Source: Candidatus Caldarchaeales archaeon (GTDB lineage Archaea; Thermoproteota; Nitrososphaeria_A; Caldarchaeales; Calditenuaceae). Taken from it: a DNA stretch of 24,881 bases. The notes beneath the pieces were generated by a model, which saw only the letters and a program-made list of their open reading frames with translations, was not told the origin of the DNA and made no database searches. Of the stretch, positions 6,605 to 15,086 are shown piece by piece. Where the stretch lies: the NCBI GenBank assembly GCA_032249095.1, contig JAVVGN010000005.1, forward strand, positions 1 through 24,881. Reading direction: 5' to 3'. How positions within the stretch are numbered: position 1 is the first letter of the stretch; every line of letters starts with the position of its first letter. The position numbers were made by a program, and so were the translations under genes.

Positions 6605-7390
6605 ATGCCAGTGGTGCATGTTTTTGCTAAAGTCGTCCCAGATGTTGCCGCGCTCGAGCACGACCCCGCGACTCTTAGCCCCCGACTAGACACAGCTCCG
6701 AGGAAGATAGGGGAGGCGGACCAAGTTGCTCTCGAGGCAGGGGTGAGGGTGAAGGAGATGTTTGGCGGGGAGGTTGTTGTACTCTCTGCTGGATATGAGT
6801 TATCAGAGGCCCTCCTTAGAGAGGCCTTGGCAATGGGTGCGGACAAATGCTTTTATGTGAACGACGCCTCTCTTGCGTCAGCGGACAGCTGGGTCACGGC
6901 AAACGTCCTCGCAGCACTCTCGGCGAGGGCCGGGCCCGCCCAGCTATACCTCTGCGGAGAGGCTTCCTCAGATTACAGCAATTATCAGATCGGGCCGAGG
7001 CTGGCGGAGAGGCTCGGATTTCCCTGCATCACCCATGTTACACAGCTAGAATTGTCTGGAGACACGGTGAGGGCTGTTAGGACCCTCGAAGACAGGGTTC
7101 AAATGGTCGAGGTAGAGGCGCCGGTCGTCGTCTCTGTCGGCCTCGAGCTAGCCCAGCCGAGGCTCCCCAGTCTCCTCATGATACGCGCTGCCTCCCGGAA
7201 ACCCCTAACCCGCGTAGAGTTGGGAGAACTCGGATTAAGTGCTGACGAACTGACGCCAAGGCTCTCACGAATTTCCTTAAAAGTGGCGAAGAGCGCGAGA
7301 AGAAATGTCACTTTAACAGGTGATCCTAGAGAGTGTGCGGCGACTCTGATAGATCATCTTGTCAGGGAGGGGGTGCTACAGGCAAGGTGA
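6605..7390 (+). CDS. etfB: Electron transfer flavoprotein, beta subunit
   Basis: MPVVHVFAKVVPD aligns with the usual MKILVCVKQVPD start. GEADQVALEAGVRVKE, VVVLSAGYE and LREALAMGADKCFYV are typical of EtfB/FixA. The longest ORF starts at ATG 6590. I prefer ATG 6605 because of the N-terminal alignment and the TATA-like elements at 6563-6578. Confidence 0.85.
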   Translation: MPVVHVFAKVVPDVAALEHDPATLSPRLDTAPRKIGEADQVALEAGVRVKEMFGGEVVVLSAGYELSEALLREALAMGADKCFYVNDASLASADSWVTANVLAALSARAGPAQLYLCGEASSDYSNYQIGPRLAERLGFPCITHVTQLELSGDTVRAVRTLEDRVQMVEVEAPVVVSVGLELAQPRLPSLLMIRAASRKPLTRVELGELGLSADELTPRLSRISLKVAKSARRNVTLTGDPRECAATLIDHLVREGVLQAR

Positions 7391-8340
7391 TCAAGGCGCT
7401 CTTAATCGCTGAGGAGCTGGCAGAGCTCGCCGAGCTCTGGCATGCCTCTATCAAGCTGAGCCCTTCCAAGATCTCTTCAGCACTGCCCGAGACGCTCATC
7501 AACGACCCACAGCTGAGAAGATTTCGCCTCTCAGAGGCCGTGCCAATACCCCCACTGTCAGAGACCCCACCAGACGGAATAATAGAACTCATAAAAATGG
7601 CGGTTGAGAAGCTTGAGTCCACCGTGATAATTGCTCCCTCAACTAGGGCGGGGAGGGAGCTCGTTGCACGCGTTGCCCAAAAAATGGCCGCGGGATGCGT
7701 TACCGACTGCACGAACCTAGTCATCGAGGATGGTCGCCTCGTGGCTGAGAGGCCTGCCCTAGGCGGAGCTTATGTCGAGAGGTTGGAGGTGCTTAAGCTT
7801 CCAGTATTTATAGCCCTCCAGTTGAGAGGGGCCGAGACAGGAATTCCTCAAGAAAACCAAGATTTCGCGGTATTGAGCGTAAAGCCTGTCGAGGGTGCGC
7901 GGAGGGTGCCAAGAATAGTGTCAACCGAGCGGGCGACACGTGGTGGTGCCGATTTGACGAAGGCTAAAAGGATAGTTGCTGTTGGTAGAGGCTTTAAGAG
8001 GAGAGATGATTTAGCGATGGCTGAGGACCTTGCGAGGCTACTAGATGCCGAGCTCGCATGTAGCAGGCCGGTGGCAAGTGACTTGAAGTGGCTTCCCGAG
8101 GATCGTCACGTGGGCCTCTCCGGAAAGTGGGTGAGCCCAGACCTATACCTTGCGATAGGCATATCTGGCCAAGTCCAGCACATGGTGGGTGTCAGAAACT
8201 CCAAGATAATCGTAGCGGTGAACAATGACCCCGCGGCGCCAATACACAGGGAAGCCGACTACTCCGTGTTGCTAGACCTCTATTCCTTTATCCCCGAGCT
8301 CATTAAGTTATTAGGTGAGCGGCGAGGAGGGACAGCGTGA
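7387..8340 (+). CDS. etfA: Electron transfer flavoprotein, alpha subunit
   Basis: The C-terminal signature is ELACSRPVASDLKWLPEDRHVGLSGKWVSPDLYLAIGISGQVQHMVGVRNSKIIVAVNNDPAAPI. The GTG at 7387 overlaps the etfB stop (GTGA) and gives the usual N-terminus, VIKALLIAEE. The longest ORF, from 7333, adds 18 residues with no match to other EtfA proteins. Confidence 0.9.
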   Translation: MIKALLIAEELAELAELWHASIKLSPSKISSALPETLINDPQLRRFRLSEAVPIPPLSETPPDGIIELIKMAVEKLESTVIIAPSTRAGRELVARVAQKMAAGCVTDCTNLVIEDGRLVAERPALGGAYVERLEVLKLPVFIALQLRGAETGIPQENQDFAVLSVKPVEGARRVPRIVSTERATRGGADLTKAKRIVAVGRGFKRRDDLAMAEDLARLLDAELACSRPVASDLKWLPEDRHVGLSGKWVSPDLYLAIGISGQVQHMVGVRNSKIIVAVNNDPAAPIHREADYSVLLDLYSFIPELIKLLGERRGGTA

Positions 8341-9194
8341 AACAAGCCCCCAAGGGGAGCGTCATAAGGGTCGGCTTTCAGGGCGAACATGGCTCCTACA
8401 GTGAGGAGGCGGTGCTCAGGTATTTCGGCGAATCGGCGGAGCCCCTCCCGTACAAGTCAATAACCTCCGTCTTCGTCGCGGTGGAGACAGGTGAGGCGAG
8501 CGCCGGAGTGGTCCCGGTGGAGAACAGTATTGAGGGCAGCGTAGGCGAGACTTACGATTCCCTGCTTACAACGAGCCTCCGAGTCGTCGGTGAGATAAAC
8601 CTCAGGATCTCGCACTGCCTAATCGGCCTGCCCGGAGCCAAGATAAGCGAGCTGAAGAGAGTATATTCCCATCCACAGGCCCTCGCTCAGTGCAGGGCGT
8701 ACCTAGCATCCCTGGGCCTTGAGCCGGTCAGTTACTACGACACCGCCGCCGCCGCGAGGCTCATAAAGGAGATGGGCGATAAATCTGCTGCTGCTATTGC
8801 AAGTGCGCGAGCCGCTGGAATATACTCACTAGAGATACTCGCGAGCGGGATCGAGGATTATGGTAGAAATTACACCAGATTCCTCGTGATAGGCCGCGAG
8901 CCATCCACGAGATCAGGGCGTGACAAGACAAGCATAATATTCACCCTTCCCCATAGGCCGGGAGCGCTTTACGAGGCCCTCGGCGTCTTCGCAAGAAGAA
9001 GCATAAACCTGACGAAGATAGAGTCTCGACCAACGAGGGCTAGACCATGGCAATACAATTTCTACGTAGACTTTGAGGGACATATAGATGACGAGGTTGT
9101 GAGAGAGGCGATGTCGGATCTTGCGCAGAAAGCGCTTTTCGTCAAGGTGCTCGGCTCATACCCAGCGTGGATCAATAAGAACCAGGTCGCCTGA
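8337..9194 (+). CDS. pheA: Prephenate dehydratase with a C-terminal ACT domain
   Basis: Motifs are RVGFQGEHGSYSEEA, VVPVENSIEGSV, YSHPQALAQC and NYTRFLVIG, plus the ACT region TSIIFTLPHRPGALYEALGVFARRSINLTKIESRP. The GTG start overlaps the etfA stop (GTGA) and is preceded by the SD GAGGAGGG. Confidence 0.9.
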   Translation: MKQAPKGSVIRVGFQGEHGSYSEEAVLRYFGESAEPLPYKSITSVFVAVETGEASAGVVPVENSIEGSVGETYDSLLTTSLRVVGEINLRISHCLIGLPGAKISELKRVYSHPQALAQCRAYLASLGLEPVSYYDTAAAARLIKEMGDKSAAAIASARAAGIYSLEILASGIEDYGRNYTRFLVIGREPSTRSGRDKTSIIFTLPHRPGALYEALGVFARRSINLTKIESRPTRARPWQYNFYVDFEGHIDDEVVREAMSDLAQKALFVKVLGSYPAWINKNQVA

Positions 9195-9201
9195 GTGGGC
9201 A

Positions 9202-10866
9202 TCAGCCCTGGTCAAGTATCTGTGACAGATTTAGCTCGAGGGCTGCCGCCGGCATAGGAATCCCGAAGTTCTCCAACACGGCTGGATGTATCTCACCGGC
9301 ATAGCCTACCTCTAGATCTCCAAGCATTATGGATACGGATCTCCCCGGGATAAAGAAGGGCTGCTCCATGGGGTTAAAGACCAAGTCTTTACCCAAGTGT
9401 CTTAGGATCTCGTCGGCCAGGGACTTTATCTCGGAGTAAGAGGCAGTAGGGTGGCAGGTCACGAGGGCTAGGTGAGTCTCTCGCCTCGTCCTCTCGGGGA
9501 GGGAGTCGTCCCTAAGCACCACGTCCCCTATCTCGAAAAGACGCTGGGGATAGGGATTGTCAGTATTTGCGGCGAGATTAGATAAGAGGCTTGGCAGGAT
9601 CCTCTCCCTGACCGAGTCGTAGAGGGCCGAGACGGGATTCAGTATCTTGACGGACGGGCCTCCATCCATAAGCATCATCTTATAGTCCCGCTCACTATTG
9701 GATAGTGTAGTGTTCACTACTTCGGTAGCGCCCAAGGATAGAACGAGCCGCCTGATACTCGAAAGAATCGCGGTCGATTTTAACAGGCCTCCAAAGCCGA
9801 AGGTCTTGGGGAACTCTGGCTGGAGGTTCTGATAACCGAGCCCGATAGCAACCTCCTCAACTAGGTCGACCTCGTGGAGAATGTCTACGCGATAGGGCGG
9901 CACACACACCTCAATAGCCCCCCGCTTGACGCTTGCGTCCAGACGCATCTTCCTGAGCTGTTTACAGATCTCTCTAGGCTGGAGGTCGACCCCGAGAAGA
10001 TTGTTTACGGATGCAGGCCTCACCCTCCACACACTGTATCGAAGGTCCGGAGTTCTATCCCTCCTTCCTGTCCACGAATATATAACATCGCAACACTCCG
10101 CCCTCCCACCCATATCTATCATGGTCGTCACGAGGATATTGAGGGCGTTGTTGACAGACTTCTCATCCGTCCCCGTCACGTCGATAAATATGTCTCTCTC
10201 GCCTGGCGTGAGCTCCGTCAGCGAGGAATTGATTATTGGAGGGAACGAGAGAACTCGTTTTCTCGAGTCGAGGATCACGGGGGCCCTCTCTTTTCCCTCG
10301 AGTATCCAGGAGTATTGGCGGCCCTTGGGATGTTTTGACAGGATCTCTCTCGGAGACATTTCTGAGTACTCTCCGAGGGGTATGAACCGGATCTCGTCGA
10401 GCCCTACAGCCTTATAGGTGAAAGGCGGGACCACCTTAGAGAGGTCGTGTAGGCCTATCGCTACTCTTCTCCGATCCCTCCCCACCACCCAGTGCAGGTC
10501 CTCCTGCGCATTGATCAGCTCCTCCAGATGATACTCCTCGAGTCTCAACCCCCGTACGACTGCACATGCGATGTAGGGACGCACTTTCCGCACACTTGCC
10601 TCAACTCGCGTAGTGATTTTTGCGGGCGCAGCCTTGTACCGTGGCGCGCCTGTCTCAAGTCCGAGTAATCCCTTCATTGCCCTCGCCACTCCAACGATGT
10701 GCGAGAAGTCTGGCCTGTTTGGATTGTACTCCACCTTGACACTCTCCTCCGAGACCTCCTCCACCGACATACCGAGGGCTGCTGCAAGCTCCGCAGCCTC
10801 GTCAGCAGAGAGCTCCGAGCCCAGCAGGCTTGAAAGCCTCTTGAGATTCAGCTGGAGTGCGGGCAC
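9202..10866 (-). CDS. pheT: Phenylalanine--tRNA ligase, beta subunit (archaeal type)
   Basis: The protein is 554 aa with the archaeal PheT layout, including VEYNPNRPDFSHIVGVARA, B3/4 and B5 regions, and a class-II-like C-terminal domain. The GTG start lies 1 nt after the pheS stop and is preceded by the SD GGTGGAGGT. Confidence 0.9.
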   Translation of the reverse strand: MPALQLNLKRLSSLLGSELSADEAAELAAALGMSVEEVSEESVKVEYNPNRPDFSHIVGVARAMKGLLGLETGAPRYKAAPAKITTRVEASVRKVRPYIACAVVRGLRLEEYHLEELINAQEDLHWVVGRDRRRVAIGLHDLSKVVPPFTYKAVGLDEIRFIPLGEYSEMSPREILSKHPKGRQYSWILEGKERAPVILDSRKRVLSFPPIINSSLTELTPGERDIFIDVTGTDEKSVNNALNILVTTMIDMGGRAECCDVIYSWTGRRDRTPDLRYSVWRVRPASVNNLLGVDLQPREICKQLRKMRLDASVKRGAIEVCVPPYRVDILHEVDLVEEVAIGLGYQNLQPEFPKTFGFGGLLKSTAILSSIRRLVLSLGATEVVNTTLSNSERDYKMMLMDGGPSVKILNPVSALYDSVRERILPSLLSNLAANTDNPYPQRLFEIGDVVLRDDSLPERTRRETHLALVTCHPTASYSEIKSLADEILRHLGKDLVFNPMEQPFFIPGRSVSIMLGDLEVGYAGEIHPAVLENFGIPMPAAALELNLSQILDQG

Positions 10867-10867
10867 C

Positions 10868-12424
10868 CTACCTCCACCTCAGGGCCTCGAGCCTTATTGG
10901 AGAGTGGCTGTAGAGCCATGACAGGTCGTTTTGATAGAGCGTGCGTGCGTCTTGGATGTCTAGTAGTATTATGGCGAGGCGCTCCAACCCCAGACCCCAG
11001 GCCAGCACGGGCTCCCGCACCCCCAGCGGCCAAGTCACCTCAGGTCTGAAGACCCCCATCCCCCCAAGCTCAACCCAGGTCTGCCGCTTATCCACATATA
11101 CATCGACCTCGGCTGAGGGCTCGGTGTAGGGAAAGTAGCTCGGCCTAAACCTGACCTTTCTAAGCCCCATTCTGGCGTAGAACTCCCTTATTATTCCCAT
11201 AAGTTGCCGTAAGTTAGCGCCCTTGTCAACCAATATTCCCTCGACCTGGTGAAACTCTGCCAATCTTCTCCAGTCGACTCTCTCGTTCCGGTAGACCCTG
11301 TCGACGCTGAAGACCTTTATGGGTGGTTCCCGGGCTTCAGCGAGGTGTCTGATCGTCGTCGCCGTCGTGTGGGTCCTTAAGACCAGCTTTGAAGCCTCCT
11401 CCACACTCCAGCGATACCCCCAGCCAAGCGAGCCTGTTTTCCAGCCGTTGTAGTGGACACGTCCCACGACCCTTGCGAGTCCTCGGGGGACCTCTCCCCG
11501 GGAGGGGTGAGCTAAATAAAATGTGTCGTGCATCTCTCGTGCCGGATGGTCCTGAGGCTGGAAGAGAGCGTCGAAGTTCCAGAAAGCAAGCTCCACAAGG
11601 GGTCCCTTGATCTCTTGGAACCCGAGCTCCACGAATATGCTCCTAATCATGTCTATAAGCAAAGTGAGGGGGTGTGGCCTAGGAGCGAAGACCGGTTTCA
11701 CAGGCAATAACAGGTCGTAGCGGCGAAAAGTCCTCGAGCGCCAGGATCCTGTTTTTAGCATCTCTGGTGTTAGCTGGGAGATCTCGTCCCTCTCCGCGAG
11801 TAGGTCTGAGGGTAGTTGGAGTGCTTTAAGAGTAGGCGCAAGGGAGTGGCGCGTCGTCACGGAGATGTTCACGACTCCCGGTCTCCTAGATAGCCTCTCA
11901 CAGGCCGCCCTGAGGGGGCCGAGATCTTCTAGTGCGATTGGCCCGCGCTTGAGTAGCTGGAGGACAAGCTCCTCATCTGTCTCGCCCTCCGGATAGTTTT
12001 GTAGCTTGAATCTGAGGTCCTCTCCTTCCCTTTTTATCGAGACCCACTCCTTCCTTTTGGCCCAAATGACTCCTATGTTAAACATGTGTTCTGGGAGCCC
12101 GGCCCTCTCCGACAGGTCCTTGAGGCCTGCCTCCCCACCAATCTCTCGCAGAGCCTCCACAAGCCGCCTCTCCGGCAAACCCTTCTCGGCATACTCACGC
12201 CCCTCCGACCCCAGAATCGCTATGTGTTTGGTCTCAACCTCCCTCCTCTCAACGAGCCCCTTACTGAGAAGCCACTCCGCCGCCTTAGCGACGGCCCCAA
12301 CATTGACACCAATTTTAGAGGCGAGCTCGTCATAACTCGTCGGGCCCTCCGATAACAGTAGCGAGAGTACCCGCCGTTCCAGCGGATGCAGGCTTAGCTG
12401 ACCAGCACCAGACTCCTCGGCCAT
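10868..12424 (-). CDS. pheS: Phenylalanine--tRNA ligase, alpha subunit (archaeal/eukaryal type)
   Basis: N-terminal winged-helix repeats are followed by a class II core. Core motifs include HPLTLLIDMIRSIFVELGF, FQPQDHPAREMHDTFY, LRTHTTATTIR, FSVDRVYRNE, FHQVEGI and GLGLERLAI. Confidence 0.92.
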   Translation of the reverse strand: MAEESGAGQLSLHPLERRVLSLLLSEGPTSYDELASKIGVNVGAVAKAAEWLLSKGLVERREVETKHIAILGSEGREYAEKGLPERRLVEALREIGGEAGLKDLSERAGLPEHMFNIGVIWAKRKEWVSIKREGEDLRFKLQNYPEGETDEELVLQLLKRGPIALEDLGPLRAACERLSRRPGVVNISVTTRHSLAPTLKALQLPSDLLAERDEISQLTPEMLKTGSWRSRTFRRYDLLLPVKPVFAPRPHPLTLLIDMIRSIFVELGFQEIKGPLVELAFWNFDALFQPQDHPAREMHDTFYLAHPSRGEVPRGLARVVGRVHYNGWKTGSLGWGYRWSVEEASKLVLRTHTTATTIRHLAEAREPPIKVFSVDRVYRNERVDWRRLAEFHQVEGILVDKGANLRQLMGIIREFYARMGLRKVRFRPSYFPYTEPSAEVDVYVDKRQTWVELGGMGVFRPEVTWPLGVREPVLAWGLGLERLAIILLDIQDARTLYQNDLSWLYSHSPIRLEALRWR

Positions 12425-12507
12425 GTAGCCACAAATGATTGTCGAGTGGCCTCTTTACATATCTTTGCGCCTCGAGGTTTTCATACTCCCCAAACCATGT
12501 ATCAACG

Positions 12508-13038
12508 GTGCGGGGGGTGGGGGGATTGATTAGGGGGACCCTATCGGAGGACCTGCGGGTCGAAGTGCGTGGCCCAGAGGCGGCGCGGCTGGCAGCGCAG
12601 GGCTATGGGGAACTCGCGGGCGATAGACTCTTCCTATGGCCTGAGGAGGCTCTGTATCTTCTCGAGAAGGGGAAAATAGAGGTGGAGAGTGGAGGCGCTC
12701 GCCTCGGGTTCAGGGAGTACCTCGCCTTAATCACGAAAGACAAACCCATTGTTTGGCCGCGATACATCATCTATCGAGACCTCAGGGAGAGTGGGAGAGT
12801 AGTGAAGAAGGGTGTGGGCGAGACGCTACTATATAGGCTGTATGAGGCCTCGGGGCAGGAGACCTCAAAATACCTAATCTTCCCCCTCAGCGAGGGCGAG
12901 TCGGTTGAGGTGTCTAGGTTGCTTGATGCTGCCAGGCAAAGCGCCGATAAGGGGAAGGTTCTAGTACTCGCAGTGGTCGAGAGACGGGGGGAGGTCGTAT
13001 ATTACGTATGTTCAGAGACATCTCCCTCGAACGTATGA
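12508..13038 (+). CDS. endA: tRNA-splicing endonuclease family subunit (EndA), probably the non-catalytic structural (beta) subunit
   Basis: The N-terminal domain contains LWPEEALYLLEKGKIEV. The C-terminal nuclease-fold pattern is IIYRDLRESGRVVKKGVGETLLYRLYE...SKYLIFPL...KVLVLAVVERRGEVVYY. The position normally occupied by the catalytic His (H-S-x-Y-L-V) reads T-S-K-Y-L-I here. The first plausible start downstream of the TATA-like TTTACATAT (12454-12462) is GTG 12508. The longest ORF starts at TTG 12439. Confidence 0.7.
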   Translation: MRGVGGLIRGTLSEDLRVEVRGPEAARLAAQGYGELAGDRLFLWPEEALYLLEKGKIEVESGGARLGFREYLALITKDKPIVWPRYIIYRDLRESGRVVKKGVGETLLYRLYEASGQETSKYLIFPLSEGESVEVSRLLDAARQSADKGKVLVLAVVERRGEVVYYVCSETSPSNV

Positions 13039-13868
13039 ACCTCCTAGATTACCTCCGACTGACCAGACCCCCAAACGGGCTCCTAATGATAGCGGCGGTC
13101 ATGGTGGGCCACTATGTTCAGTCCACTAGGCTGCCAGGCCCTCTCGAGGCACTCCTAGCCTCGTCTACGGCCTATTGCCTCACCTCTTCCTCCATGGTTT
13201 TGAACGATATAGTGGACAGGGAGATCGACGCCGTCAGCAACCCCGAGCGCCCCATAGCCTCTGGAAGGGTGAACGTGCGGAGCGCTTGGTTTTTCGCGGT
13301 CATACTGGGTACTTTGGGCCTAGCCTCGGCGGCAGCTTTGGGTCCCTCGCTACTCTTCATAGCCGTGATTTTTTACACCCTCGCCACGGTCTATAACACC
13401 TATCTTAAGAGGAGGGGTCTTGCAGGAAACATCGCTGTAAGCGCAACTATAGCCGCGCCATACATCTTCGGAGCGGTCCTGGCAGATGGGGAGGTAGGCG
13501 GCTTAGTGTCGATCTTCGCACTCATGTCCTTCCTCGCTGGCCTCGGCAGGGAGGTCGTGAAGGGTATTCCAGATGTTGAGGGAGACGCCTTGAAGGGGGT
13601 GAAGACCCTCGCCGTAACGAGGGGCCCAAGGGTGGCGGCGAGACTCGGTGTATTTTTCGTAATGCTAGCCATAGTTTTGAGCCCGTTACCATTCCTACTA
13701 AACCAGGTCGGGCTTCCCTACCTCCTCCTTGTGGCGGTGGCGGATGCCGGGTTCATCTATTCCAGCGCAAAGCTTCTACGCGACCTACCTAGTAGTAGGA
13801 GGGTCAAGGGGGAGTATCTCCTCTGGATGGGGATAGCCCTTGCAGCGTTTATGCTGGGGGCCGTCTAG
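13008..13868 (+). CDS. Digeranylgeranylglyceryl phosphate synthase (UbiA family, archaeal lipid ether synthase)
   Basis: Motifs are LLDYLRLTRPPNG and VLNDIVDREIDAVSNPERPIASGRV, plus a second motif GREVVKGIPDVEGDALKGVKTLAV, and the protein is polytopic. ATG 13008 has GGAGGT 12 nt upstream and overlaps endA by 31 nt. ATG 13035 is an alternative that would overlap the endA stop as ATGA. Confidence 0.8.
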   Translation: MFRDISLERMNLLDYLRLTRPPNGLLMIAAVMVGHYVQSTRLPGPLEALLASSTAYCLTSSSMVLNDIVDREIDAVSNPERPIASGRVNVRSAWFFAVILGTLGLASAAALGPSLLFIAVIFYTLATVYNTYLKRRGLAGNIAVSATIAAPYIFGAVLADGEVGGLVSIFALMSFLAGLGREVVKGIPDVEGDALKGVKTLAVTRGPRVAARLGVFFVMLAIVLSPLPFLLNQVGLPYLLLVAVADAGFIYSSAKLLRDLPSSRRVKGEYLLWMGIALAAFMLGAV

Positions 13869-13910
13869 GGATATATTCCACTAGCGCTTTACTGGGCTGA
13901 GGACGAGTTC

Positions 13911-15086
13911 TTGAAGCTGATCAAGGACCCAGTCCACGGATACATAATTCTGTCCGAAAAAGAGTTAGCGGTCGTCGATACCTTTCCCCTCCAGAGGCTC
14001 AGGAGGATCAGCCAGCTACCCATGGCGTACCTGGTATATCCGGGCGCCAGGCACAGCCGCTTCGACCACTCGCTAGGCTCCATGGCGCTCGCCGAGGAGT
14101 TTGCGAAAAGTTTAGGCCTCGATCCCGCCGAGGCAGACCTGCTTAAAGCCGCAGCCCTCCTGCACGACGTGGGACACACGCCCTTCTCACACCTATTCGA
14201 GGAGTTCTTGCTAGAGGCGGGCACGAATCACGAGGAGGTGGGGAGGAGGATCGTCTTGGAGAACGAGGAGATAAGGAGGGTCCTTGAGAGGGTGGGGATC
14301 GATCCGGAGGAGGTCGTAAGCCTGCTCAGTGGGAAACACAAGCTTAGCAAGCTAATCTCTGGCCCGATCGATGTGGACAGACTCGACTTTCTTCTGAGGG
14401 ACTCCTACTTCACCGGAGCCACCTACGGAATAATAGACGTAAGGAGGCTGATATATTTGACCAAGCTTGTTGATGGAGAGATTTCTATCGACTCGAGGGG
14501 CTGGGGCGTCCTCGAGGAGCTAGCCATAGCGAGGCAGCACTCCTTCCTAAACATCTATTTTCACCACGCTGTGAGGAGCGCCCAACTACTACTGCTGAGA
14601 GGCGCGGAGGAGGAGGGAGAGACCCTCCCCAAGCTGGCGGAGATGCCTCTAGACGACTACCTCGAGCTGGACGACTTCGCTGTATGGTGCCTACTCAAGA
14701 GGAACGAGAGATCCCGAGGACGGATAGTGTCGCTGGAGAGGCGCGTTCTACCGAAGATGATCTATGAGGAGCGTGGCTCCCAACTGGCAGAGAAGACTAT
14801 GAGTAGGAGCGATAGGAGGGAGCTTGAAGAACTTCTAGCAGGCCAGATGGGCGTACATCACTCCCAAGTCTTTGTAGACTCATCTCTCGTCCCCCCGCTC
14901 ACGAAGTATGGCCCCAGCGAGCTTCGGGTCGCGGGCCACGGCCTTGAGGGTCAGAGAACCCCATCATGGATTCTGGAGATGACGGCTAGGCCGATATACA
15001 TATTCCGGGTTTACGTCGGGCGGGGGATGGTTGATTATGAGTCGGCTCGCCGCAAAGTCTCCAAGTGTCTCAGCGACCTGCGTTGA
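13911..15086 (+). CDS. HD-domain phosphohydrolase, SAMHD1/dGTPase-like
   Basis: KLIKDPVHGYIIL is followed by RLRRISQL and then the HD motif RHSRFDHSLGSMALA ... LLHDVGHTPFSH and DVDRLDFLLRDS. The start is TTG at 13911, about 35 nt downstream of GATATATT (13870-13877). Confidence 0.8.
   Translation: MKLIKDPVHGYIILSEKELAVVDTFPLQRLRRISQLPMAYLVYPGARHSRFDHSLGSMALAEEFAKSLGLDPAEADLLKAAALLHDVGHTPFSHLFEEFLLEAGTNHEEVGRRIVLENEEIRRVLERVGIDPEEVVSLLSGKHKLSKLISGPIDVDRLDFLLRDSYFTGATYGIIDVRRLIYLTKLVDGEISIDSRGWGVLEELAIARQHSFLNIYFHHAVRSAQLLLLRGAEEEGETLPKLAEMPLDDYLELDDFAVWCLLKRNERSRGRIVSLERRVLPKMIYEERGSQLAEKTMSRSDRRELEELLAGQMGVHHSQVFVDSSLVPPLTKYGPSELRVAGHGLEGQRTPSWILEMTARPIYIFRVYVGRGMVDYESARRKVSKCLSDLR

Noticed and set aside
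7319-7335. GGTGATCC plus GTG 7333 as the etfA start, which would give the longest ORF.
   Set aside because: It would add 18 residues (MCGDSDRSSCQGGGATGK) with no counterpart in EtfA proteins. GTG 7387 overlaps the etfB stop and gives the canonical N-terminus. The SD-like string is coding sequence of etfB.
9874-10417. Two long plus-strand ORFs (154 and 163 aa) inside pheT.
   Set aside because: They lie entirely antisense to a well-supported PheRS beta gene. Their Ser/Pro/Arg/Leu-rich composition is typical of shadow frames in GC-rich coding DNA, and they carry no recognisable motif.
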